From a bacterium (GTDB taxonomy: Bacteria > RBG-13-61-14 > DATKZS01): a DNA stretch of 64,000 nt. The stretch is from NCBI GenBank assembly GCA_963674965.2, contig CAXXFL010000007.1, positions 512,001 to 576,000 of the forward strand. Reading direction: 5' to 3'. The position numbers were made by a program, and so were the translations under genes. Within the stretch, counting starts at the first letter, position 1. Every line of letters starts with the position of its first letter. Shown here piece by piece: positions 50,326-60,310 of the stretch. Under the pieces are notes generated by a model. That model ran no database searches and was not told the DNA's origin. It saw only the letters and a list, made by a program, of their open reading frames with translations.

Positions 50326-50563
50326 ATATCGCCTCCTTTCAAGGTCATATACTTGGAACGCCCGGACCGTTCAAAGGTTCACGAAAAGTAAAAAATCATT
50401 TTTACCCAAGGTCCGCCGGGGCTTGGAGGACGGCCAAAAGCCCTTATTTTGCAACGACTAATCCCATGGCCCATAATAGGGGCGGACTCATTAAAGGACC
50501 CGGGCGCCGGCCTTTGCGAGGGCCGCCAACTAATTACGCCATAATGGAGGATGGATAAAGAGC

Positions 50564-52177
50564 ATGCCTCGAGGATACAGCCCGATTCCACGCGCGCCTT
50601 CCCTCGCGGCGGTCTCAATCTTTATCGTTCTTTGCGTCCTGCCGCCGGCCCTCATGTTCCTTGGCGCCTTCTTCCCCGAGTCCGACTTTACCCTGGAAAA
50701 GTACCGGCTTGCCATTTTAAATTCCAGACAGCTCGTCCTGCTTGGAAACAGCCTGGCCGTAGCCGGGGGGGCGGCCCTTTTGTCCGCTTGTCTGGGCGTA
50801 ACCTCCGCTTTCATTATCGCGAGAAGCAAGGCGCGGTGGATAAAATATTATAAGGTCGCGGCCCTGGTTCCCCTGTTCATTCCGCCCTACCTCCACGCCC
50901 TGGCCTGGGTCCATCTTTTCGGAAGCAAGGGGCCAGTCAACCAGGCCCTGGCGCCGCTTTTCGGGGGACCGGTCTTTTCCAATACCGGGATAGGCCTGGC
51001 CGCCTGGATTCTCGCCATGGCCTACCATCCATTCGTCACGGTCTCGACCTACGCGGGCCTTAGAAGCATTACGCCCTCCTTGGAGGACGCGGCCCTTCTC
51101 GCCATGTCCCCGGCTCGGGCCGCCTATAAGGTAATTATCCCCATGGCCGCGCCCTACGCCCTGGCCGGAGTCTTTTTCACGCTCGTCCTTTCCCTGACCA
51201 ACTACGCCGTGCCCGACCTGTGCCTGGTCAGGACCTATCCCGTCGAGATTTTCATTAATTTCAGCTCTCACTACGACGAGGCCGCCGCCGCGGCCCTGGC
51301 CCTTCCCCTCATGGCCATATCTTTGGCCCTGGCCTACGTCATATATCGAGCGCTCAGGGGCCGTCCCTTTTGGGTCTTCTCGGCCTCGGGCGGGACGGGC
51401 CTCGAGATCGGGCCGTCACGCGCCGCGGTATTGTTCGCTTTAGTCTCGGTCCTTTTAGCCTCCATCGTGCCGGCGGCGGACCTCATCGCCCAGGCCGGCG
51501 ACCCGGCCAATTACGTCAAGACCTTCAAGGCCGCGGGGCAAGAGTTCCTCCATTCCGCCTGGCTGGCGGTAACCACCGGGGCGTTGGCCACCATCCCGGC
51601 CTTCTTCATCGCTTATTACGTTGCCAGGGCGGGGGGAAAGGCCTCGCGCGCCGCGGCCGCTCTCATCTATCTTCCCTTCGCCATACCCGCCACCATCGTG
51701 GGTATCGGCATGATCCACCTTTGGAACCGGCCGGGAACTTATTTCATTTACGGCGGCGTCTTAATCGTGGTCATGGCCCACCTGGCCCGCGTCCTGCCCT
51801 TCGTGACGGTGGTGGCCATGGCCGCGGTGGGCGGGGTCAATCCCGCCCTCGAGGAAGCCTACTCGATCCTTCGCGGCGGCAACCTGGGAAGGATGGCCAG
51901 GATCGTCCTTCCTCTTTGCGCGCCCGGCCTGGCGGCGGCCTTCGTGGTGGGGGCCGCCTTGTCCCTGGGAGAAGTGGGGGCCACCCTCATGGTCATGCCC
52001 CCGGGAATGGAAACCCTGCCGGTCAGGATTTACTCGCTCCTCCATTACGGCGCGAGCGACACGGTGTCCGCCCTCGGGCTGGGGCTGATCGCCCTGTCCG
52101 TCTCGAGCGCGGCCCTGGCGGGAGCTATAGTTTACGCTCATGCAAAACTATCTGGACATAAAGGACTTGACCCTTAG
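50564..52177 (+). CDS. ABC transporter permease (FbpB/ThiP-type, duplicated)
   Basis: Two EAA loops (LEDAA, LEEAY) and multiple TM helices. Confidence 0.9.
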   Translation: MPRGYSPIPRAPSLAAVSIFIVLCVLPPALMFLGAFFPESDFTLEKYRLAILNSRQLVLLGNSLAVAGGAALLSACLGVTSAFIIARSKARWIKYYKVAALVPLFIPPYLHALAWVHLFGSKGPVNQALAPLFGGPVFSNTGIGLAAWILAMAYHPFVTVSTYAGLRSITPSLEDAALLAMSPARAAYKVIIPMAAPYALAGVFFTLVLSLTNYAVPDLCLVRTYPVEIFINFSSHYDEAAAAALALPLMAISLALAYVIYRALRGRPFWVFSASGGTGLEIGPSRAAVLFALVSVLLASIVPAADLIAQAGDPANYVKTFKAAGQEFLHSAWLAVTTGALATIPAFFIAYYVARAGGKASRAAAALIYLPFAIPATIVGIGMIHLWNRPGTYFIYGGVLIVVMAHLARVLPFVTVVAMAAVGGVNPALEEAYSILRGGNLGRMARIVLPLCAPGLAAAFVVGAALSLGEVGATLMVMPPGMETLPVRIYSLLHYGASDTVSALGLGLIALSVSSAALAGAIVYAHAKLSGHKGLDP

Positions 52178-52868
52178 CGCGGGCGGCCGGGAGATACTCT
52201 CGGGCGTCAATCTCCGCGTGGAGGGGGGAGAGATGACGGTGGTATTGGGGCCGTCGGGCGCGGGCAAGACCACTCTCCTTCGCGCGGTGGCCGGCCTGGT
52301 CAGGCCCGACCGCGGCACGATCGAGGCGGCGGGCCGGGTCTGGCTCGGCGGCGACGTCTGGGTCGCTCCCCACTCGAGGCGGGTGGGCTTCATCTTCCAG
52401 GACCTCGCCCTCTGGCCGCACCTCACCGCCGGGGAGCATATTGCCCTGGCCTTTGCCGACAAGAAGGTGGGACGAGAGAAGGCGGCCGAGCTTCTCGAGA
52501 GGTTCGGCCTGGCGGACAAGGGCGGCCGATATCCGTCGAGCCTCAGCGGGGGCGAGAAACAGCGGCTGGCCCTGGCCCGCGCCGTGGCTCGGGACCCCGA
52601 GGTCCTGCTCATGGACGAGCCCTTTTCCGGCCTGGACTGGCGTCTTAAAAAGGCGGCCATGCAATACGTTCGGGAACTTAACCGCGATAAAAAATACACC
52701 GTCCTTCTCGTGACCCACGACCAACTCGAGGCCAGGGATCTGGCCGACAAGGTCGCCGTCATGAACCGGGGCGCCCTCCTGGCCCACGGCCCCCTCCGGG
52801 ACCTCACCGCCCGGGACGCCCACCCCTTCGTTCGGGATTTCCTGGCGCCGATAAGGGACGAGGGATGA
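52140..52868 (+). CDS. ABC transporter ATP-binding protein
   Basis: GPSGAGKT, LSGGEKQR, LLMDEP and VTHD motifs. Confidence 0.95.
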   Translation: MQNYLDIKDLTLSAGGREILSGVNLRVEGGEMTVVLGPSGAGKTTLLRAVAGLVRPDRGTIEAAGRVWLGGDVWVAPHSRRVGFIFQDLALWPHLTAGEHIALAFADKKVGREKAAELLERFGLADKGGRYPSSLSGGEKQRLALARAVARDPEVLLMDEPFSGLDWRLKKAAMQYVRELNRDKKYTVLLVTHDQLEARDLADKVAVMNRGALLAHGPLRDLTARDAHPFVRDFLAPIRDEG

Positions 52869-53015
52869 GGAAGGGCGGGGAATACGCGGGTGGAGCCGAT
52901 AGCCTGTCCGCGCCCGGCGGGCAGGTTTCCCCCTTCCATGCGTTGGGCGTCATCATACTTCATTATTGACGTTTACGATATCTTATGTCAATATCGGAAA
53001 TTATAGTTGAGGCTG

Positions 53016-53090
53016 GATTTTGAATAACGTACTACAAGCAGGAAAGGAAATATCATCTCGGGCACTCGGAGGGGATACTTGGGCAAACGG
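53016..53090. repeat. Diverged inverted copy of the 3216-3289 / 5651-5724 segment
   Basis: Shares GATT.TGAATAAC, CAAGCAG.AAA, TCTCGGGCAC and TTGGGCAAACGG blocks with the reverse complements. Confidence 0.7.
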
Positions 53091-53096
53091 CTAATT

Positions 53097-54862
53097 AGTT
53101 TCTGTTGCACAACTGCTTAATGGCTTTCATTATGCGGTGCGGAGAGGATATGGACATGCAGATTTTCAGGGCGTCCATAAAGGACGGAAAAGATTTTAAC
53201 GCTTTCAGGCGAGTTGAATGCCTGAGCCGGCCCTTTTCTATCCTTTCAAAAAACACCTCTCCTTTTGCTGTTTTTCATTTCCGTTTTTCATTGCCCCCAC
53301 AGGGGCGCGCCCGGCGGCGGCTAAGTCAGCAGCGCGAGTTTTCGAAGGTTCCAGGCAAAGAACGAAAGACCCACCCAGGACTTGAAGCTCTCGAAACCTC
53401 TCCACAGGCATCGGCTCAGACCGAAGCCGCGAAGAAGGGCGGAAAGGCCGCCCTCGATCCCGGCCCGGAAGCGAAGAAGCTTCTTGAACCAGCGCTGACG
53501 CTCGTGCTCGATCCGCTCCGAACTCCTTTTGCCGGGCTTGGGAATGGCCAGGCGCTCGATATAATAAGGACCTTCGGTCGCAAGCTTCTCATTGTCCTCA
53601 TGATAGAAGCGGCGGTCGCCGGTAAACTCGCGTGGAGCCTTGCCGAACAGGCGGACGTGTTTTTGCAAAATGTCCTCGAAAAGGTCGGCGTCGGAAGGGT
53701 TGCCCTCGCACACTTTATATTGAAGCACAATCCCCGACCTTCCCGTCGCCGCCATCACCTTGTGACCGAACTCGGTCGGGCTCATGGTCTTGCCTCTCCG
53801 GATGATATCAACGTGCGGCTCGAAAACGGAAACCACCTTCTCTTGCGCGGGAACCTTCTCGCCTTTTATAACCCGCCGCTCGCACTGCTCGACGCACTGC
53901 TCAGAAAGCGGCAGGTAATGATCGAGTTCGCTCTTGATCATGGTTGCCAGGCCCGCATCGCTGAAATAAAGCTCTCCGCCTTTAAGGGCCTCGTCCAGCG
54001 CCTCCCGCGCCGAGCGGGCCATGGCCAAGATTTCCGCCGAAACCTTGAGAAGGTCCCGGTACCAGACCGCCCGTTTCTTCTCGATCCCTTTGCCTTTGCC
54101 CATGGCGATCTGGTAAGCGCGCTTCTTGGCCCGCCGAGTCCGGTCATGATATTCGAACCCGAGACCCGGCAGCTCCTTCCGCGCTCCTTTCATCAACCGG
54201 TCCAATACACGGATGCTGTCAAAAAGAAGCGAAGCGTCGGTCGGATAGTGGATGTTGGCCTCGGCCACCGCGGTGTCAGCGCGGACCGCCTCGCCGTCTT
54301 CTACTTTTTTTTTAATGGCCAGGGCCACGAGCATTTCGTTGATCCGCTCCCAGGTCTCGGGGCGGATGCGTTTTATCGCCCGCTCCAGGCTGCTGAAATG
54401 GGGAATGTCCCGCCCGAAGAACCTGGTGAACTTGCGGAAATTGTAATCGGAACCGAGGCGGTCGCCGAGTTCCCGGTAGGAATAACACTTGAGTTGATAG
54501 ATGACCGCGCTCCTAAGGACCTGCTCGACGCTCATCCCCTCGGCGCCGGTCTCCTTGAGTCCGCTTTGGAGATCATCGGCAACAGCTTCCAGAATTTCCT
54601 TGGCCTCGTCGAGCGCTATGCTCATCTTCTCAAGCTCAGTGTCTTGTTTGAAAAGATGGCCCGCTTTCAAAAATTCGTGGTCTTCAATGGTCATTTGCAT
54701 TTTAATTTTCGGTCGCATTTTTCGCCCCCTTCACAGCATCCCGGCAAGTCAATCCTTGATTTTTCAAGGAGTTATTGTATCATATCAAGACCAAAAAGGG
54801 AAGCGAAAAATGCTTACAGCACATTGTTTTTATTGGCTTTTTCTAGTTACGCAACTGGAACT
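53097..54862 (-). mobile_element. ISNCY/IS5-like insertion sequence, copy 2 (complete)
   Basis: Imperfect TIRs AGTTTCTGTTGCACAACT / AGTTCCAGTTGCGTAACT; candidate 3-bp TSD ATT; exact ends uncertain by 1-2 bp. Confidence 0.88.
53321..54718 (-). CDS. DDE transposase (ISNCY/IS5-like)
   Basis: 465 aa; RADT, NIHYPTD, EFGHK, GDR and RAGIEG motifs. Confidence 0.93.
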   Translation of the reverse strand: MRPKIKMQMTIEDHEFLKAGHLFKQDTELEKMSIALDEAKEILEAVADDLQSGLKETGAEGMSVEQVLRSAVIYQLKCYSYRELGDRLGSDYNFRKFTRFFGRDIPHFSSLERAIKRIRPETWERINEMLVALAIKKKVEDGEAVRADTAVAEANIHYPTDASLLFDSIRVLDRLMKGARKELPGLGFEYHDRTRRAKKRAYQIAMGKGKGIEKKRAVWYRDLLKVSAEILAMARSAREALDEALKGGELYFSDAGLATMIKSELDHYLPLSEQCVEQCERRVIKGEKVPAQEKVVSVFEPHVDIIRRGKTMSPTEFGHKVMAATGRSGIVLQYKVCEGNPSDADLFEDILQKHVRLFGKAPREFTGDRRFYHEDNEKLATEGPYYIERLAIPKPGKRSSERIEHERQRWFKKLLRFRAGIEGGLSALLRGFGLSRCLWRGFESFKSWVGLSFFAWNLRKLALLT

Positions 54863-54962
54863 ATTTAGTGGGGAAGGTCAAATAATGGACCTCCCTCGTT
54901 CCCGTCGAGTATGGGCGCGAGCGGCGTGACTTCCGCCGCCGACGATCGAAAGGGACCGGGTA

Positions 54963-57077
54963 ATGAAATGTCCTAAATGCGGGCTCGAACAGCCCGAGCG
55001 AGCGGTTTGCATAAACTGCGGCATAGAGATAAGCAGGTACTCCCGCCTCCAGCGAGAGGTGGCGGACCCCATCCACGCGATCAAAAGCGCCTTTGACGCC
55101 AACCTCAAGGCCCTGTCAGGAGCAAACGTATACGCGGCCCCCGGCATTCCCGCTTCCATAATGGAGTGGGCCTTCGCCCGCTACCAGGACGAGTCCGTGG
55201 ACTGGTCGGGCGACGAGGTGATCCTGGTCCTGGGCGACGGATCGGGTTCGAGCAACACGGTTTTCACCACCCGCAAGGTCGTCTCGTCCACCATCATGGG
55301 AGTCGAGCAGATCGACTACAGCGGCATTGGCGACCTGGCCATCGGCGGCCTGTTAAAGGACCAGCTCGTTATAAACGGCGGTGGCTTTCACGTTGCCTCC
55401 TTCGCCGGCCTGGACGACTATCGCAAGGAGGCCCTGGTCCAGACCCTGCGAAAAGTCTCGATCATCGCCAGGGAGGCGGCGGCGAGAGGGGCCATGCCCG
55501 AGCGTCCGTCCCGAGGGTCGGGCGGTATGCCGAGACAGGCGGCCATGGCCGCCCTGGACAGGCCCGTGACCGACCCGGTCTCCACCCGGGCCGTGACCTC
55601 GACGGGCGGCCACGCCGATGACCCGGCCGCCACCATGATGGGGGCGCCCGTGAAGGGGGCCGTTATCGACCCCAAGTCTCCTCCTGCCCCGGCGGCCGCT
55701 CCGGCGAGCCCCGCTCCGGCGTCGCCTGGTCCGCCGCCCGAGGACCCGGCCGCCACCATGATGGGGGCCCCTCCCAGTTCCGCGATCAAGGACCCGGCCG
55801 CCACCAGGGCGGTCCCACCCGAGGCGGACCCCCTGGCCACGGTGGCCTCGATGCCGGGAAAGACGAAGATCGTCCCGCCTCCGGCCAAAGAGCCGGACGA
55901 CCCGGCCGCCACCATCGCTGCCAGACCGTCGCCCGAGCCTCCGCCCGAGCCGGCGCCGAAGGCCCCCGAGGTGACCGAGGTGGACCCCGCCCTCGAGACC
56001 CGCGTTCCCGAGGCAAAATTCGAGGGGCCCACCGCGCCTCCCACCCGGGAGGAAGTCGAGGCCTCGAGGGGAACGCCCGACCGGGTGGCCACCCAGCCCC
56101 AGAAGAAGGTCATGGAATTTGAGGAACTCGCGCTCGACGGCATGGGCGAGCCGGGACTTTCCGTTCCCTTTGGGGAAGGGGTCAAAGGCTTTCCCGCCAG
56201 CATCGACCCTTTAAGCGACTCGGACCTTAAACGGACCACGCCGCCCCGGCCGAGGACGCCGCCCATGCAATCGCCTTTCGAGTCCGCGCCCGAGGCCTCG
56301 TCTCCGCTGCAAAGCTTTGGCAAATACCGGCCCACTTCATCCCGGCCGCCTCAGCCTGGCGTCTATCCTCCTCCGGCGGAGGGGAACGCGTCCGCGCCGG
56401 ACCCGCGAACCGAGGGACCGGAAACTTCATCCGAAAAGAGCAGGGAAGAAGAGCTGGCCAGGTTCAAGTCGATAAGGTTCGTGCCCGATCCCAGCGCGGT
56501 GCCGGAATCTTTAAGAGAACGAAAGATTTCCTATCTGGAAGACCCTGAAGACGACGTGGAAGAAGATTTCGTCCCTCCTCCCCTGCCGGTATCCCCCCGC
56601 AAGCTCACCGACCTGAGCATCCTTGACGACGGACCGATCGAGGACGGACCGCCCAGCGTCGGCCCGAAGTCTTCGCTCGATTTCGGCAGCGGACTCGAGT
56701 TGGACACGGCGGACCGGGGAGGCATGGAAGGACACGACCACGCGGCCCCACCAGCGGCGCCCACCTACGCGGAACCAGAAATATACCCCGACGACGACCC
56801 CCTCGTGCCGCCGCCCCTGGGCGCGGGGACGTCGGAGCAGGGACAGCGGGCCGGTACCATGTATCAACCGGCGCCGCAATACGCGCCCGGTCCTCAGTAC
56901 CAGCCCGGCCCTCAGTATCAGCCGGGGCCGCAATTCCAGGGGGGATACCCGGGGCCATATCAGAGCGCTCCGCCGCCCAAGCCCTCCAACAGGCCCGGAT
57001 GCATGGGCATTGTCGTCCTCGCCCTCCCCGCGGTACTCGCGGCCGGCTATTTCCTGATAAGGGCCATGACCGCTTAG
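54963..57077 (+). CDS. Zn-ribbon protein with long Pro-rich repeat region and C-terminal TM anchor
   Basis: CPKCG..CINCG, a globular domain, DPAAT repeats, PQYQPG repeats and a hydrophobic C-terminus. Confidence 0.8.
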   Translation: MKCPKCGLEQPERAVCINCGIEISRYSRLQREVADPIHAIKSAFDANLKALSGANVYAAPGIPASIMEWAFARYQDESVDWSGDEVILVLGDGSGSSNTVFTTRKVVSSTIMGVEQIDYSGIGDLAIGGLLKDQLVINGGGFHVASFAGLDDYRKEALVQTLRKVSIIAREAAARGAMPERPSRGSGGMPRQAAMAALDRPVTDPVSTRAVTSTGGHADDPAATMMGAPVKGAVIDPKSPPAPAAAPASPAPASPGPPPEDPAATMMGAPPSSAIKDPAATRAVPPEADPLATVASMPGKTKIVPPPAKEPDDPAATIAARPSPEPPPEPAPKAPEVTEVDPALETRVPEAKFEGPTAPPTREEVEASRGTPDRVATQPQKKVMEFEELALDGMGEPGLSVPFGEGVKGFPASIDPLSDSDLKRTTPPRPRTPPMQSPFESAPEASSPLQSFGKYRPTSSRPPQPGVYPPPAEGNASAPDPRTEGPETSSEKSREEELARFKSIRFVPDPSAVPESLRERKISYLEDPEDDVEEDFVPPPLPVSPRKLTDLSILDDGPIEDGPPSVGPKSSLDFGSGLELDTADRGGMEGHDHAAPPAAPTYAEPEIYPDDDPLVPPPLGAGTSEQGQRAGTMYQPAPQYAPGPQYQPGPQYQPGPQFQGGYPGPYQSAPPPKPSNRPGCMGIVVLALPAVLAAGYFLIRAMTA

Positions 57078-57961
57078 ACGGGAACGTAAAGGGGGCCGTC
57101 CTTTTCGAGCCTTCCTTGCTCAACCATGCGCTCGAGGTGTTTCTTCATGATGCCCCTCTCGCCGAACTCGAAGAACTCCCTGGGCTCGCGCGGTTTTCGG
57201 TAGACGATCCACTGGGCGGCGACCTCCTCGAGGGTACGCGGCCTAGTCATGAAGGCCTCGAGCTTTTGTTGCCTCGCGCCGATGACCTCGAGGTATCGGT
57301 CCCAGGCCTCGTGGCGGGACGACTCGAAGACGCCGCTTTCGTGCCCGGTGAGCCAGACCGAGACCGGCAGCTCGCGCAGTTTTTTGACCGACTCGATGGT
57401 GTCCTGGATGGACGAGTCGCGGTCCCCATACCACGGGCCGAAGGGAGTGAGGTCGTAGTCTCCCGTGTAGGCCGCGGCCGGCTCCCGGAAGTGGAAGGCC
57501 AGGGAGCCGGGAGTGTGGCCCGGCGCGTGTATTACCTCGACCGTGACCTCTCCCAACTCGATTGTCTCGCCGGCGGTGAAGACGGACTCGGGCTCGCGAG
57601 GCCGGTAATTGAACTGGCTCTCGAGTATCCGGGTCCACCATTTCCTCGGCTCCGGCTCGTCCATGCCGTACCAGTCGAGAAAGGAATCGATATTGCTTAA
57701 CGGCTCCGTCTCGATCTCGGAAACGCGGAAAGGAAGGTCCTCGAAAAGATCGAGGTGCATGAAGTGGTCCTCATGCCAGTGGCTCAGCCAGACCTCGCTA
57801 ACGCCCGACTCGTCACGTAGCCGCTCGAGCCTTGCCCGGTCCGAGGCCGGGTCGATAAGGACGCCCGGGCCCTCCACGTAGACGGAGTTGCAAAATGGGT
57901 ACTTGCCCCTGTTGTTTCCAGGAATAAAGACCAGCGGACCGAACCTTCTCTCTTCAGTCAA
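57074..57961 (-). CDS. Metallo-beta-lactamase-fold hydrolase
   Basis: SHWHEDH, PGHTPG, TGD and GH motifs. Confidence 0.92.
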   Translation of the reverse strand: MTEERRFGPLVFIPGNNRGKYPFCNSVYVEGPGVLIDPASDRARLERLRDESGVSEVWLSHWHEDHFMHLDLFEDLPFRVSEIETEPLSNIDSFLDWYGMDEPEPRKWWTRILESQFNYRPREPESVFTAGETIELGEVTVEVIHAPGHTPGSLAFHFREPAAAYTGDYDLTPFGPWYGDRDSSIQDTIESVKKLRELPVSVWLTGHESGVFESSRHEAWDRYLEVIGARQQKLEAFMTRPRTLEEVAAQWIVYRKPREPREFFEFGERGIMKKHLERMVEQGRLEKDGPLYVPV

Positions 57962-60209
57962 AAATTTCCTCCTTTTTCCCGGCTATGGCCAGATAGACGG
58001 CCACCGTCATGGCGGCCCCCGACACCAGGGTACCGGTTATTCCGAAAAGGGGGGTAAGCGCGACGCCCGCCAGCGCCCCGCCGGCGGCCCCGCCCGCGAG
58101 GTCAGCCCCGTAAATCAAACCCGAGCCCAGGGCGCCGTTTTCCTTTTCCCTCGGCAAACCCATCGTGGCCTGGGTGAAGACCGCGCCGCCCCCTACTCCC
58201 TGGAAGAAAAGGGCCAGGGCGAATAAAGTCCCCGCGGACCATGGCCCGTCCATGCCCAGGGACGACGCCAGATATACGGCCAGGGCCGCCGCCGAGGCCG
58301 AGGAAGCCGAGACCGCCAGCGCCGGACGCCAACCGCCTCCGCCCTTAATCCATAGTAGAGACCCGACGCCAAGGCCCGCCATGAAACAGGCCGAGAAAAA
58401 AGCCAGCATATGGTAGATGGACCCCACCAGCGACTGGAAGGCCAGCATCAACCCAAAGGAAGCCGTCATCGAGGCGTACCCGGTAACGCCCGCCGCCAGC
58501 GCCGAGAAGGCCGCCGCCTTGCCGGGCCGGGCGAGGGCCCTTCCCGCCGCGAGGGCCAGGACCGGAAAGACCAGCATCATCCAGGCGGGAGCGCGGGCCA
58601 AAAAGGCCGCCGCCCCCGCGGCGCGGGGCGAGGTCTTCTCCGCCCAGGTTAAAAGGGCGCTCGCGTAGGCCCTGGGATTCAAGTCCCGGTCGGTCTTGGC
58701 GTCGGCCGCCTCGAGGCGATCGGCGACCTCCCTAATCATGGACTCCTGGACCTCGGCGGACAGGACCTTTTCGTTCACGTAAAAGGAAACTACTCCCCGC
58801 TCGTCCATGGTCTTCTGGATCGCGGAAAAATCCGCGGCCACGCGGGACCCCTTGCCTCCCGCCAGGAACAGGTTTTCCCCAAGGGGAACGATCGCGACCC
58901 GGTCGAATACCTCTCCTGCGGTTTTATAGGCGGTGGCCGTCGCGGCCAGTTGTCCGGCGTCGTAGCTCAAGTTGGGAGGGGTGCTTCCGGCGGTAAAGGC
59001 CAGGACGCCCGCTTCGGACAGGCGGGACGCGGCCAGCTCGAGGAACTCGCGGGTGTAGTAGCGGCCCAGGCTCGCGCCGTGAGGATCGGGCAGGTTGATT
59101 ATTATGACGTCATATTGTCTTTCCGAACTCTTCAGGAAGGGCCTGGCGTCAAAGGCCGCGACGTTGGCGCGGGGGTCGCGAGACAGTCGGCCGAAATCGG
59201 GCGCGTACTCGCGCTCCAGCTCGAGGAAGCCGGGGTCCAGGACAATATAGTCCAGCCTCTCGACCGGGTGAAGCAGTATCTCGCCGGCCAGTCCGGAAAA
59301 GCCTCCCCCAACGACCAGGACCCGCTTGGGACTTGGCGCCAAGGCCAGGGGAAGATGGGCCAGTATCTGATCATGCCTTTCATCGGGAAAAGTGGCGGCG
59401 GGAGAGCCGTCCACGTAGATGGTCGTCTCGTGACCATCGCCACCCGCGGCCAGGTAGGAGTAGCGAGAGTCAAAGGCCTCCTTCACGGGAAGTCCACGCC
59501 AGAACAGGCCGTTATAATAAACGTCTAGCGAGCCTTGCCGGGCCGGGCCGCCGGCCAGGGCGAAGGCGGCCAGGGCGGTCAACTCGAGGACCAGGGCGAA
59601 GGACCAGCGGCCGGCGCGGGGACGGTCGGGAACAAAGGCGGCCATGGTGATCAGCAGGATGGACGCCGCCCACGCCGGCGAGGCGGGGCTGGACTTGTCT
59701 CGAAACCAGAGGGCCAGGATAATCCCGGCCGCGAACGCTCCCAGGGCCTCGAGACCGTAGGTGCGGCCCGCCGGGGCCTCGCGGTCCACCTGCATGCGGG
59801 CGGCCAGGTTGAAGGCCAGTCCCAGCGGGAAGCCAAGGGGGAGGGTCACGAGAAAGCAGGCGAGCATCATGACGCCGGGCCCGGCCGTCTCGCCGAGGGG
59901 CGATCCCAGCCACTCTTTGATCAGCGCCGTGGACAGAAGCGCGGCCGGAGTCAAGGCGGCCAGCGAGGCGAAGGCCAGGGCCAGGAAGTTCTCGGGCTTT
60001 TTTAAGCGGCCGGCCCAGGCGGAGGTGGCGGCGGCCCCCGCTCCGGTCCACGTCATCCAGGCGGAAAGGCACATGGCGATGGTCAGCTCGTTTCCCGCGA
60101 AGGCCGCCATCAGCCTGCGCGTGATCACGGCCTGGTCCCACAGCGCGATAAAGCCGATCATGAACGCGGCCGTCGCCGCTTTATCGCCGGTTATTTTTTT
60201 TAGAGGCAC
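57954..60209 (-). CDS. Membrane-bound spermidine synthase-like (SAM-fold) protein
   Basis: N- and C-terminal TM bundles; RVLVVGGG, DARPFL, YDVIIINLPDP and YTREF motifs. Confidence 0.85.
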   Translation of the reverse strand: MPLKKITGDKAATAAFMIGFIALWDQAVITRRLMAAFAGNELTIAMCLSAWMTWTGAGAAATSAWAGRLKKPENFLALAFASLAALTPAALLSTALIKEWLGSPLGETAGPGVMMLACFLVTLPLGFPLGLAFNLAARMQVDREAPAGRTYGLEALGAFAAGIILALWFRDKSSPASPAWAASILLITMAAFVPDRPRAGRWSFALVLELTALAAFALAGGPARQGSLDVYYNGLFWRGLPVKEAFDSRYSYLAAGGDGHETTIYVDGSPAATFPDERHDQILAHLPLALAPSPKRVLVVGGGFSGLAGEILLHPVERLDYIVLDPGFLELEREYAPDFGRLSRDPRANVAAFDARPFLKSSERQYDVIIINLPDPHGASLGRYYTREFLELAASRLSEAGVLAFTAGSTPPNLSYDAGQLAATATAYKTAGEVFDRVAIVPLGENLFLAGGKGSRVAADFSAIQKTMDERGVVSFYVNEKVLSAEVQESMIREVADRLEAADAKTDRDLNPRAYASALLTWAEKTSPRAAGAAAFLARAPAWMMLVFPVLALAAGRALARPGKAAAFSALAAGVTGYASMTASFGLMLAFQSLVGSIYHMLAFFSACFMAGLGVGSLLWIKGGGGWRPALAVSASSASAAALAVYLASSLGMDGPWSAGTLFALALFFQGVGGGAVFTQATMGLPREKENGALGSGLIYGADLAGGAAGGALAGVALTPLFGITGTLVSGAAMTVAVYLAIAGKKEEIFD

Positions 60210-60310
60210 TTAACCATCCCCGCCTTGGCGCGTGGCCTCCAATATATCACGGCCCGCTGCCATATCCGAGCGTGGCGTTGGTTATAAAGACGGTAAAGAC
60301 GGCCGGGGGT

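Noticed and set aside
53080-53095. GGCAAAC as the start of a c-di-GMP-I riboswitch
   Set aside because: The downstream GAAA tetraloop and GCAAAG elements are absent.
53105-54868. 587-aa plus-strand ORF (and 691..1503)
   Set aside because: Antisense shadow of the transposase with no recognisable motifs.
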